A DNA stretch of 63,691 bases, the filler included, from Reticulomyxa filosa (Eukaryota > Protista > Foraminifera): NCBI GenBank assembly GCA_000512085.1. It is 17 parts of 17 records of this genome, joined end to end, with 100 filler letters (N's around TTAATTAATTAA, not from the genome) between each part and the next. Parts side by side here need not be neighbours in the genome. Positions count along the whole stretch, not along the records: positions 24,191 to 25,430 come from ASPP01021481.1; positions 25,531 to 26,993 come from ASPP01003094.1; positions 27,094 to 29,435 come from ASPP01006948.1; positions 29,536 to 30,583 come from ASPP01009658.1; positions 30,684 to 34,067 come from ASPP01022775.1; positions 34,168 to 36,922 come from ASPP01006519.1; 11 more parts are not named here. One strand, given 5' to 3'. Positions 24,894 to 36,847 of the stretch are shown one piece after another. The position numbers and the translations under genes were made by a program. Every line of letters starts with the position of its first letter. Within the stretch, counting starts at the first letter, position 1. The notes below the pieces were generated by a model, which saw nothing but the letters and a program-made list of their open reading frames with translations, did no database searches and was not told the DNA's origin.

Positions 24894-25559
24894 TATAAAG
24901 TATGTGATGAATGGAATGAGTTATCGCTTTTTACGCAAAGATCGTATTATGTAACGCTATCAAGAGCAAGGTGTGGCGTGAAGTTAATCACAAATAATAT
25001 AAGTTAAAGGATTTAACAAAAACGAAAGCTGTCATACCGAAATGATTCATTCACAACCTGAACCTAAAAAGGCAGGAAAAATACCACTTCTATAAGAAAA
25101 TACTAGAAATTATATAAAAACCAAACAATTGAAATTTTTTATATAACAATAGCTTACCGTATCCTTAGCACAACTCGGGTTATATTAATCTAACGGAGAT
25201 AAATACTTAGAGATAAACTCCTCTCCTATGGCATTAAGTTGCCTCCCACATAACTGTAATGAGTTACTCGCTTTAGAAGGGTTATAAGCGCGGTGGAGTT
25301 ATTTAAACATATGTTGCTACAGAGCTAGTAGTTCGTATTACCTGCTATTAATTTATGGTAGATATGGTACCATATGAAAACATAAAATTAGATTGAATAG
25401 GAAAGAGATGAGCAGATATCTGGATGCAACNNNNNNNNNNNNNNNNNNNNNNNNNNNNNNNNNNNNNNNNNNNNTTAATTAATTAANNNNNNNNNNNNNN
25501 NNNNNNNNNNNNNNNNNNNNNNNNNNNNNNACAATAGCGAATTTCAAAAAGGAAATGAT

Positions 25560-26520
25560 AACAATTGGTATTATTCTGTATCAACTTTACATGTATCAAC
25601 GGAATTGAAAACACTTGTTGCATGAGCTAATACGAAATAGTTATTTGTCAGATTTGATCCCTAAAAAAATTGCCAAGCACAACTCACGGAATAATCAAAC
25701 AATGGATTCAATAGAATGAAAACAATCCGAACGAACTGATATTAAATGATAGAATATTAACGATATTACATAAACCGATGGGATATATTCACTTCAATTA
25801 CATCATATTTGTGTAGTAGTGCTGTATTACAGTAAATCATGTAATACCTTTGGTCAGGTGAACTTTCGGCACGAAAAATGGAAATTTTTGGATATTTATT
25901 TATTAACGCAGGCAATATTTTACACAAACATGAAAGAATAGAAGAAAGTGAAATGTATTTCTATTATGGATTGATTGGAGAATATTGAAGATGAAATTAG
26001 AGCGGGTTTTTTTTTATCAGTTATGCCAAACCTTCTGATGATTTACGAGTTGCAGAGATGTCGATGAGTAATCAAGGGATGCATTTTATTTTTTCATCTT
26101 TCCATGAGAATAGCAAAAGCAATATTTAGCTTTAATGTATCATGGAATATTTCTGTTTGCAAGATCTCTTGCACGTTTTGATATGAATGCAACTCCAATT
26201 GATAAAACAGACCAATGGAATGCAAAAGTAGAATACGAAATGATATTGCTCACATGGACTGAATACGATCAATTTATAGAACAAACTCGATAAATTAGTG
26301 TAATGTGAAAGCATAAGATTGATCTAAATCTTATTTACATTTCATTCAAATATTTGTACAATTGTAATCTGAATAAAACCACCCAATTGTTGTCTGAATT
26401 TGAAGAATGGAAACTGAGTAATAACAATGAACAAAAATACAAAGATAGGATGATCATTAACTTCCTCAATTTTCCTTACCGAAAGTGGTATATTGAGAAG
26501 ACAGAATACTGTTAAATATG
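25560..26520 (+). pseudogene. Degraded member of a lineage-expanded family with ADP-ribosyltransferase-like motif order
   Basis: Frame fragments KWKFLDIYL, LHKHERIEESEM..YYGL, ENIEDEIRAGFF, SDDLRVAEM, LFARS, MILLTWTEYDQFI; many stops. The ART-like call is an inference. Confidence 0.45.
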
Positions 26521-26526
26521 CAACTA

Positions 26527-26697
26527 CAGTAGATTGCAAAAAAAAAAGCCATACCTAAATGGCATTATATGAAGAGAATCAATTTTCTCCATGAAAAATA
26601 ACCTAATTTTTTTAAAAATATCTATTAATCTTGTAGTTTTTAAATATGAAATTGGTTCTATAATAAATTTTTTCTAGGTTGATCAAAAATATGATTT
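26527..26697 (+). mobile_element. Terminus of a Tc1/mariner-like DNA element (copy 2); may extend to ~26885
   Basis: TA|CAGTAGATTGCAAAAAAAA start. Inverted match to 11086-11268 with different flanks. Confidence 0.65.
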
Positions 26698-26888
26698 TTT
26701 AAAAATTTCGAAGAAGTTCATATAAATTGAACCTGTGTTGAAAATAAGAAATTTTTAAATCTTTTTGTCTTCATTTTAGGAATCTTCAAGTCACGTAGAT
26801 ACTTTTTTAAAAAAAATTAGCCTTGTATCTTTCGTAGTTTTTAACAAATTTTTGGTTTAAATGTTTATTTTTCATTGTAACATTCCTT

Positions 26889-26993
26889 GACAATACGATT
26901 TGAAAAAGAACCAACCAAAAGAAGGACACGAAAATGAATGCAATTATGTAGGGAAAATATGTGAAATGAAAGATCATTTGGACAATTCATGTC
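26889..26993 (+). pseudogene. Fragment of the RING/TRAF zinc-finger family
   Basis: QYDLKKNQPKEGHENECNYVGKICEMKDHLDNSC parallels QYDLKK...CDYKGKIKEMKDHL at the end of ORF 60911. Confidence 0.7.
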
Positions 26994-27093
26994 NNNNNNN
27001 NNNNNNNNNNNNNNNNNNNNNNNNNNNNNNNNNNNNNTTAATTAATTAANNNNNNNNNNNNNNNNNNNNNNNNNNNNNNNNNNNNNNNNNNNN

Positions 27094-28278
27094 CATAAGT
27101 TTCTTCGTCGTGAAAGCAATGAGACACACATATGTACATGTACACATAATATAAGTAATCTTTCTAATTTTGTTGATTGTCTTGCACTTGATCGTCAAAA
27201 AAAAAAAAAAAAAAAACGTAAATGCAAAACTGAATAATATGTATCGACGGCATAAGGATGGAACTCATCCACAGTGCTGAGAAAGCGAGAGGCAAAAGTA
27301 GGGTTGTCTCTGTTCTTCTCAGACAGCACGATATTATGCCAGTCGCACACCGCCAAGGCGAGTTGTTCAGGAGTCAGGTTTTGGACGACGTCCAAATCTT
27401 TCTTTTGGGTTATGTCAGATGACAACATTTGCATTGTATTGTATTGTATTGTATTGTATTGTTTGTGGCAATCACATGAGAACAGAAAAATGCACCAAAC
27501 TTTATCGACGCTGATCATCGATTGTCCTTGATAATCTTCAAATTGGGCCACAAGAGGATTTTTGGGTTTTTGCTTTTGTGTCTTCACTTGGCTTGCCCTG
27601 GAACACATTTGACTCTCCTCAGAGGCCTTTTTGTCATCGTCGTTGACATATCTGGCCACTCTCAACTGGAAAAAATCACGAAGAGAACAAAACAATATAA
27701 CAAACAAGCAAGAGCCAACAGCACATTCACTTCAATCGTATATATTTTTCTTAATGTCCAGAAAATATTAAACTCACTAGGTGGCTTCTTGGGTTACTCG
27801 CGTATGTCCCAAAGATTTCATTTGAAGGAGCTGTGTTTACTGCATTGTTTGAGAGATTTGAAAGATTTGAGATGTTCGATTTTATCTCGTCCTGTTGCTC
27901 TGGGAGTGGCTCTTTGCTCTCTGAGCCATTTGGTTTTGCACCAAGTTTTACACTTCCAGGCTCTTCATTGTCAGATTCTTCATTGCTAGGCTTTTCACTG
28001 TCAGGTTTGTTCTCTTTGGTTTGCAAGTACACGAAATTCATTTTTACATTTTTTTTTGTTTATTTATTTGGGCAGTATTGTTATGAATTTTTTTTTAGCT
28101 GTTTATTATTATTTGACTTTAATTACCTTGTGACATCAATAAATCTTTGGGCTAAATGGTTAGGATAATTTTTCTTGAAAAAATTTCCAGCTACAAAGCA
28201 AACAACACTGCTTTGCTACTTTTCAGCATACAAGTCGGATTTTGTTTTTGACAAATCAAAAGTAGTGACTATTTCCAT
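27094..28278 (-). CDS. Multi-exon gene of unknown function, 3' truncated
   Basis: Successive coding-like ORFs (27751-28041, 27195-27707) bounded by GT..AG introns containing microsatellites. The start is uncertain. Confidence 0.5.
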
Positions 28279-28763
28279 GATAATTATTACACTGAAAATT
28301 AATACAATCTAAACAGAAGTGCCTTACTTCTTTTTTGTAATTAATCTGTTTTACTTTTCATTAGCGTAGCTTTGATTTAAATTCTTACACAAGTTTAGTT
28401 GTTCGTTTTTTCTTTTGTTGTGGATACAAAAATAAAGATCGATTTATGTCTACTTCCCCTATATATTTGATTTTGCTGCCAGGCGTAATTTTCGCTGGAG
28501 TTTTGGCCCAAAACGTTTTCAAATTCCAAGAAAAACTTTGTAAGAACAGAAAATAAGTATACACAAAATAACACTTACACATGACAATAAGCCACAAAAA
28601 ATTATAAATGATATAATGTTATCACGATCTACTAAGCTTTACAATAAATGCATTTACAATTCGATAACGTATATACTGCATAATATTTTTAAATCTTTTA
28701 GCATCAAATCACTTTTATATCCAAATGACACTTGATGAAAAAAAAAGTTTTAAAAATAATTTA

Positions 28764-28835
28764 TGTCTGTTGCAGGAATCGAATCCGCAATCTTATCGTA
28801 TCACTGACAAACACTTATCTGTAGGCCACACAGAC
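28764..28835 (-). pseudogene. tRNA-like element (degenerate tRNA or tRNA-derived SINE head; Arg-like D and T arms)
   Basis: 72 nt: GTCTGTGTGGCCTACAGATAAG...AAGATTGCGGATTCGATTCCTGCAACAGACA. It has a 6/7 acceptor stem, A- and B-box-like motifs and a downstream T-run. The anticodon arm does not pair well. Confidence 0.6.
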
Positions 28836-29579
28836 AAGTTTTTTGAAATTATTAATAGCTTGGTATAGATCTAGCGTGACCATGTAGATGACTTGGGGGT
28901 TAATCCTCCAGTTTTTTAAAATTAAATGCTTTCGACATAACATTTATAAAATGAATTTAACTTTAAAATACCTTATTTCTTTATTCTAATTCTTAACATA
29001 AGAAAAAGAAATTATAGTTTTGTGTGAAATCTGTTTTGGAACTTACAACTTGCCATTGTTTGTGTAAATTGCGACATCAACTTGTTAAAAAAAAACATCT
29101 TTCTTCCGATACATGTATAAATTAAATATCCAAGTTTAAGTTAGATAACAATATTTTTTAAATTATTCCGTTGAAACTTTTTATCATAATAATCGTGATA
29201 TATCATTTAAGCAAACAATGTATATTGATATTCTTTATGATGAATGCATTGTAAAGTGAGTAATTACTATAAAGTTACTTTTAACGTCTATTAAATTTCT
29301 CACCGTACGTAAACACAGCAAGAAGGCCCGAAAGGCAACAAAAAGTCCAAAAAAACTCTTTTCTCTTAAAATGTCGAGACCTCAACATAGAAAAGTTCTG
29401 CTTTCTCTGCTACTCCTCTGATGAGAGAAGACTAANNNNNNNNNNNNNNNNNNNNNNNNNNNNNNNNNNNNNNNNNNNNTTAATTAATTAANNNNNNNNN
29501 NNNNNNNNNNNNNNNNNNNNNNNNNNNNNNNNNNNTTTTTTTTTTTTGTAAAAAAAAAAAAAAAAAACCCCTTTGAATA

Positions 29580-29879
29580 ATCGTACACTCTTTCGCGTCT
29601 CATTTTTATTTGGTGTCTTGTTTCGGAAAAAAAAAACAATACCCAGTTCTCGCTATTTATAATGGAGCCTGGTTCGACTTTTGCAATGTATGCAAGATAA
29701 CTGCCTTCGAATTGAGGGTACAGATTCTTGAGATACTTTTTACAGCAGTCACTTCCAATTATATGTCTTCCTGGACATTTCCACTGTAGAATTTTGTTTC
29801 CATTATATAATGATTCAAATGAGATGTTAGGATCTTGACAGACAGTGCTTGAGTAAATTCGAGCAGACTTGGAAGTCAT
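29580..29879 (-). CDS. First exon of an unknown Cys-containing protein, truncated
   Basis: ATG-initiated ORF of ~80 codons to a GT donor. Divergent from the EF-hand gene. Confidence 0.4.
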
Positions 29880-30149
29880 GTCTTATAATTGTTTTCCTTG
29901 TCCTTGGAAAATAAAAAAAAAGGACTCTGTTTTAGTTCGTTTCATTGTGATTAAAACTCTTCACAAAAAATTTAAATATTTCGTTAGTTTACTGCTTCAT
30001 AGACTAGTTTGGCTTTTCCTTGTTTCAGTAAAGACGTAAGTAAACTGTAATACTTGTAGACGCTAATGTGGATTACTCGTCAAAAAAATTCGTTTGGAAA
30101 GAAAAGGAGTCTAACAAAAAGGTAGCCTCTTGATTTGAAATAGGAGGAA

Positions 30150-30540
30150 ATGGCGTCAGATGATTTTTTCCACTTCCTAAATAACACCGTTTGAGTAGTT
30201 GTCTTTGTCTGTTTGAAGCAAAAAACCGTAACAAATGAAAGTTGTTCTGGATGATAATAACAGCCAACAAACGAAGCGCAAGTATCGGTGACAGAGACAA
30301 GCAAGACCACGAAGACGTTGTCAAAGGAAGAGATAGTAAGCGTATTGAAAGAATATGATGGTTCCGGGCTGGGGGTGTTGACAACAAAGCAGTGTTTGGC
30401 GGCAATGCGTGACCTGTCTCAAACAGGAATGAGTGACAGTGAATGTCAGCAGTTTGTTCAATCGGCATCAAGCACATGTTCGGACGGAAATGGAAAAATC
30501 AAAATGGAAGAGTTTGCAAATCAATTGGCATTGGAAGTGA
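30150..30540 (+). CDS. EF-hand (calmodulin-lobe-like) protein, N-terminal part
   Basis: EEIVSVLKEYDGSGLGVLTTKQ and SDGNGKIKMEEF form an EF-hand pair. A short first exon MASDDFFHFLNNT is spliced to PTNEAQVS. Confidence 0.7.
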
Positions 30541-30544
30541 AAAA

Positions 30545-30583
<39 letters not shown>

Positions 30584-31337
30584 NNNNNNNNNNNNNNNNN
30601 NNNNNNNNNNNNNNNNNNNNNNNNNNNTTAATTAATTAANNNNNNNNNNNNNNNNNNNNNNNNNNNNNNNNNNNNNNNNNNNNTTAGATATTATCACAAG
30701 AAAGAAAAGAATAGAATCAAGGACTCATTGCATTAATAGCAAAACAATATATCATATGCAAATCAAATATTTTGTTCACTATAGAACTATAATGGTAAAT
30801 TAGTGAACAACAATTTAAACGCATACTTATTGAAACTATCGTTGTCATTTTTTATTTTAGTGTTTCACAAAAAAAATGGAAATGGCAAAAGTAATATTTT
30901 CTGTAATGAGCAGTGATCAGAAAGATCCAAAAGTGAGTGAAAATTGTTAATAAATTCCAATAAATATTGTTTGAATTTGCTACTGTAGTACTAACCATTA
31001 CCAGAAATCCAAGTGAACCTCAGATTCCCTTTATCCTGGGTTCCACTCACTTCACTCCTCAGTCTTTTGTTTCTTTTTACTTTTGCTTGTTTGTTTTTAC
31101 ATCATTATTTTCTCGTTATTTAACAATTTTCGTTTTCTGAAAGTTTGCTCAGGAGAGCTAATCAATCTTTCGTATTACACTTTGAATGTGTGGAGTGTCT
31201 GCTGAAAAAAACTGCACAAATTCACTTGTGCGTTGTAAAAAAGATAATACTCGACATCTTGTTGACAAAAAAACTGATAAAACAAATGAAAAAGCAATGT
31301 CTAAAAAGTAAATATAAAGACGAAGTAAACAAAATAG

Positions 31338-32857
31338 TTATTCTAGTGTCAAAATTCCTATCAAGTTTGATCCATGAGAGCTAGTAAATCATTTTGAATT
31401 GTTTCGTTTTCCCCTATTGACATAAAGTAATAATAAAATAACATGATTTCTTAAAAAATAAAAAGACATAACTTCTGTCATTAATCAGTTCTTCACCAAG
31501 ATCCAACTGAGAGATAGCGTTTTGCAACTGGGAAGGACCAGTGCCGGTAATGGAATTGTGAAAAACAAGAGCACAAGCATTATTTGAGGGATTCTGGTCC
31601 AATGAACTTTGAGAAGCACTCTCGCTATCCACGTTTACTGAGGAGTTATTATCAGTAAACATTTCCAATATCACACCATTTTCATTTTTGGTGTTACTGC
31701 CAATGATATTTGCAAGAACTGACAATTGTGTAGTCGCGGCGTCCTCACTCCACTTTTTGTATATGCACACAGTTAAATAGTCAAACAGAACTCCAAATAA
31801 AAAGGTCATGTGTATTTTTAAAGTTATCATTGAAAAACCTGGCATTTGTCGACTTTGGGAGCCACTACATTGATCTCTTTTGCATCCGATTCATACCTTT
31901 GTCATTTTATTAATAAAGTTGCAATTTATAACTATGCAATTAGATATAAACACATTATTAACATATTTTCCCCTAGTCTTGATAAGAACGAGCCCTTTTC
32001 CCACGTATACGTGATATTATTGATCATCAATGGCTCTTGCAGGTTGACACCTGCCGCTAGTGACAATTGTTGTGAAGATAAAACTTTTTGATTTGAATGG
32101 GGATCGTACTTAAATACGAGGCCAGGAACACTTGCATTTCTGCATAAGTATCCAGTTGTTTTAATACAAATATGGCCATTGTATGATTGAATACCTTGTT
32201 GTAACAACATCGACACTTTAATATTTTTATCTTGAAGAAAGTTCAATATATTTCGTCGAATTAATTGTAATAATCCTGGTAACAATGTCGTGTAGTTCTG
32301 ATTTTTTTTTCTAAGCTCTCAAACCTCATTTTTTAATACTAAAACAAACAAAAAAATACTCACTCAAAACAAACTTGGAGGCAAATTTGTCGTGTTCGAT
32401 TAATTAGCTTCAATACATCATCATTGTCTTTTGTTATATTATTAGAAATAACTATTTGTTCAACACCATCTATGTGATGAAAGAGGCACTCCAACATTTC
32501 GTAAACATCGCGAGATCTTAGTACTTGCATTTTAAGCCCCATTAAACTCAGGTCAAATAATTTGTTCATGGATGAGTCATCAAGTTGCATAATGCTAGAG
32601 TGTGCAATACTTTCAAACATTTCACGAAGTTTTTTAGTATTTGTCACTTTGTACGAAGTGAACAATTTGTCTATAAAATCACTTTTAAAGAGAGAGCTTG
32701 TTACATCTCTCAACACTCGGTCACTTTTGTCCTGTACAATTTTTTGTGCCTTTAGCCGATGTTCCAGTATATATATCATTTCTCCACCCATTTTTAAAAC
32801 TATAAATGGATTTATCAATTGAATTGGATCTTCACATTTCAATAATTGTGTTTCCAT
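31338..32857 (-). CDS. OSCP1: OSCP1 (organic solute carrier partner 1) homolog, multi-exon
   Basis: MGGEMIYILEHRLKAQKI, IAHSSIMQLDDSSMNKLFDL..MGLKMQV and LIRRNILNFLQDKNIKVSMLL match OSCP1 family motifs. The last exon is approximate. Confidence 0.9.
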
Positions 32858-33489
32858 TCCTTTCGTTTTGCTGAATTTCGTGAAAAAGACAACACAAATT
32901 CAGAAATGACGTCAATAAGAAATTTTGTTACGTTCCACAAATGCAAGATACATTTTTTAATTGATGTAAAGAAATTTTATTTAAAAGTAACTTTTTTTCA
33001 AACAGATGTGAATAAAATGAAAAATTTTGAGGGTTATTGTAATCTTTTTTGACCAACTAACTTCTTTTCTTTTTTTTTTATCTTACAGAGAAAGAAGCTT
33101 TTATATGCAGAAAATAACGAATTACAGATGAAACTCACTTAAAAAAAAAAAACATTACACATGATACCAAAGAGTTACGTTTCGCTTGTGAGTTGATACA
33201 CCATGAGATGCAATCATGCCAATTTTTAATAATAAAAATATTTTTACTATTGCAATGGTTTGTTGCATATCAGCGTTTTCTTTCAAATTGAATGAGATTA
33301 ATCTTGGTGTTGTAACGTCGTAGAATTGGAATGAATTGAGTGATTGAGATTCAAAACGTTTGTGTGTATGTGTGTGAGTGAAGAAAATACTGTTAATTTT
33401 CTGTCAGTTCCTTTAAAGAAGAATTAATTATACATATACATAATATATATGGAGTTACGAAAGGGTTCAGATAGCACCTCAATCTGTTT

Positions 33490-34067
33490 TTATATATCTG
33501 CAGTGCTACAGACAGAAAGAGTAGAACGAGGGATATTTTCCGAATAGAGAGGAAGCAATGGAGGGGCAGGATGGGATTCATTTGTTTCGATATGATAAGT
33601 ATTGGAATGAGAGTTAATACAATCTGAAGTAGGGACATCTTTGTCGCGATTGTCTGAAGAATTGCAATTACCTTTAGGCTGGCACATAGAGCGACGATTA
33701 CGAAACCTGCGACGTGCACGAGATTGTGAAGAATTATTTGTATAGAGATCAGCAAGAGTTGGGATGGGTTTATCTATTGTTTTTTCTCCCTCTCCGGACA
33801 ATGTTTCATGCAAGACATTTGTGATTACGGCCTCACTTGCCCGAGCATGTGGATGGACAGCATGAGGAGCAGTGGACACATTGGGAACGGAACCAGTCGA
33901 GAACGAAGGAGGAGCACTAATATGTGTATCAACATGTGGACGAAAAGAAGGTGAATTGTATCGAAGCCAATGAATAGATGTCAACGATGGTAAAGACAAT
34001 GACAGCAAAGAATCATCATTAAGTCGATTGTGAATAGCAGTGGTAGTAGAAGTAGTAGAAGTAGTAG
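33490..34067 (-). CDS. Low-complexity Ser/Pro/Thr-rich exon of an unknown gene, 5' truncated
   Basis: Open frame of more than 170 codons starting at the contig end. No domain recognised. Confidence 0.4.
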
Positions 34068-34199
34068 NNNNNNNNNNNNNNNNNNNNNNNNNNNNNNNNN
34101 NNNNNNNNNNNTTAATTAATTAANNNNNNNNNNNNNNNNNNNNNNNNNNNNNNNNNNNNNNNNNNNNATATATATATATATATATTGTATATAAATTGA

Positions 34200-34724
34200 G
34201 TGCTTTTGAACCTTTTCAAAAGCATTGTTGATGGGCAGTATATCGGCAAGGTCATCGCTTTTGACTTCGGCCGAATCCGAAGACATCGAATCGCTGGACA
34301 CGATCGCTGGTGATGAAAGCTTTGATGCTTCGTCAGATGACATACCGTCCTGGAGAGTGAACGAATTCGTCTTCGTTATACTCGAACTGGGCTTTTTTTG
34401 CATGTCCAAACTGTCGTCTATCCATCCTGCAAACGCCTCTTTTTCCCCTTTCTTATTCGTCGCAAAGTGCACCTGATGCAAATATCGTTTCTGATTCGAT
34501 GGGCATTTGCCTCTTGCTTTTCCTATCGATTGCATAAATCGGAGCGCTCTTGCTTGCTCCGGCAGAATTGAACTTTTATTTGGTTTTTTCATTTCCATTT
34601 TTTTTTTTTTTTTTTTAAAAAAAAAAGAAAAAAAAAAAGAAGCTTGCCTTTCTGTTTGGTCGGTCTCCATTCTTGTAAAATTTTCTTTGTTAATAAGTAA
34701 CTCCTTTTCAGTCATTCTTATCAA
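34200..34724 (-). CDS. N-terminal exons of an unknown Ser-rich protein, truncated
   Basis: ORF with an embedded poly-T/poly-A intron-like segment. No domain recognised. Confidence 0.4.
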
Positions 34725-35098
34725 GATAATTGCAGAGAATAATTCGCAAGCTATTTGATTAGTTTCTTTTTATTTTATTCAAACGTGCAGCGGAGACCGT
34801 CCCGTTTTGAATACTTTCATAACTTCTTTGTAAATTGTCCAAACTACTTATTCAAAGGAATGAGAATTCTATTGTGCTGCTAAACTTTTGCAATGTTTGC
34901 GTTTGTGTATCAGTTTTTGTTTATTATTATCACTGATGCTTATACATCTCATTATCAATAAATATTTTATATTTTCATTATGTGGAGATGGGTATCCAAT
35001 CGTATTTTTAAATAAGTGTTTGCTAGGAGTCACTTTTTTGAGTCAGTGCTAATTTTGTAAAAAAGGAGAAAACAGCTTATAAGAATTACAATGTATCA

Positions 35099-35345
35099 AT
35101 GATGACAGCATGTCCATCACAAAATCTGTATAGAACTGACACTTATCATATGCAAAACGCCAGTGTTTCAACTGAAGAAAGTCAAGCGTATGAAAAGAAG
35201 ATGATGGTAATGTACAAATTGTTTGAAGATTTAATCAATGAAGAAGCAAGGCCGGGAACAGACTTGCAAGGATATTGCACAAATGAAACATGTTTGGTTT
35301 CAAAGGCAACATTACCATTATGGATGAATATTGGATTTGGTATGA
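35099..35345 (+). pseudogene. Fragment of a lineage-expanded family with PG..LQGYC.N..C motif
   Basis: EARPGTDLQGYCTNETCLVSKATLPLWMNIGFG ends abruptly in a GAT-rich low-complexity stretch. Confidence 0.4.
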
Positions 35346-36721
35346 TATTGACTTCTTTTGATACAATGAAGATGAGAATGATAATGATAAGTATGAGAAT
35401 GATGATGATGTAATCATGTTACAATGAGATAGATGGCACGAGAACGAAGATGAATTGAACTATTATGTGTATTGTCAGTACAGTAATAGTTAAATGTATG
35501 TGTATAAAATGAAAGAACACATATAAAGATCCTAAGGAAGACAGAAACGCAATAAGCAATAAAAATACATTAGTAGATACTTAATGCTAATTTCTAAAAG
35601 CTTTTAATATATAAAAGTTCATGGTGAAACTTAGACCACAAATTATATTTTTCAATATAATTTCGACATAACCACGTTGGTGATGTCGAACTGAGAGTTC
35701 ATAATTTCATTGCTGTGATTTATCATTGATGTAACGTGCAAATATTTGGGCTAGTCCCCAAGTTGTGATATTTTCGCTGTGTAATTGAATTTACAAGTAA
35801 TGTCCATATTTTTTTAATAGTTCACCAAACTACTTTACTTCTATATAAATCTTCGTCTTCAAAAATTCTTCCAATTACGCCATCCATCTCTACTTTGAGG
35901 GGTAAAACAAATAATCTTGAATTAATAGAATTTTGTTTCCATGCGAACACAACCCAGTAAGAGTGGCCGTTATACTAAAAATTCATTTGAACAGCAGTAA
36001 AAAATATTTTTTGAAAATTTTGCAAGTATATAAATTTGATCGGTTTTTCGTAATGTGGGATACTTCATTTAACAAAAGTACTTTAATACGTATATCTTTT
36101 TTGATTTACAAAAAAAGGGTTAAGAGTCTGACAAAAAAGTCAATTTCTGAATAGTTTGACTTTTTGGTTTGCATTTCCTTTCCTTAATTGGTTTTTCATT
36201 TGTTTGCTGATAGTGCTAATTTATTTATACTTTTAGGTTTACTTGAAGCAAACATGTCGTCTAGTGGCACAATAATCTTATTCTCCGTTGGACCATTTGT
36301 TACTTTTTATAATTTTCTTGCCATTTTTTTGTTTGCTGTCACTCCTGAAGGATCGTTCTGATAGCTGAAGTGCTCTGCTTATGTCAAATTACATTTTTTT
36401 TGAATAAAAATAAATGAATATTATTCATAATTATGAAAATTTCTTCTTTTTCCGTTCCAAAAAAATTACTGATGATTCACAAAATTGCAAAAGAATTTTT
36501 GTTAAATAATAACAAACAAAAAAAGTATTTTCATTAAATAAGGGAAATTATAAAAAAAATATTAAGCCATTCATCATATGGTAATAATACAATACAATAA
36601 ATTGTTATTACTATTGTATAATGTAAATATAAAAAATTCTTTTTAACGTATCCAATGGCTTGCATAAAGGAGATCAACCACTTCTTAAATATTATAAACA
36701 CAGCTGGCTGATCTGATTTGA

Positions 36722-36847
36722 TTTGATTTTCTCAAAGCGATCTTGAGCGTATTTCAATAAAGAGTTATCTATTTTGTTCAAACCAACTATCAATTGCCCA
36801 ATTCCTAACAAGTGGCACAATTGAGCATGTTATTGAGTTTGTCCTTG
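36722..36847 (-). pseudogene. EFL/EF-1alpha-family GTPase fragment
   Basis: QGQTQ*HAQLCHLLGIGQLIVGLNKIDNSLLKYAQDRFEKIK matches GQTR.HA.L..LLG..QLIVG.NK.D (G4 region). It has an in-frame TAA and is not in the ORF track. Confidence 0.75.

Noticed and set aside
30141-30152. AGGAGG just before an ATG (Shine-Dalgarno-like)
   Set aside because: The gene is spliced and eukaryotic, and the spacing is too short, so this is a chance match.
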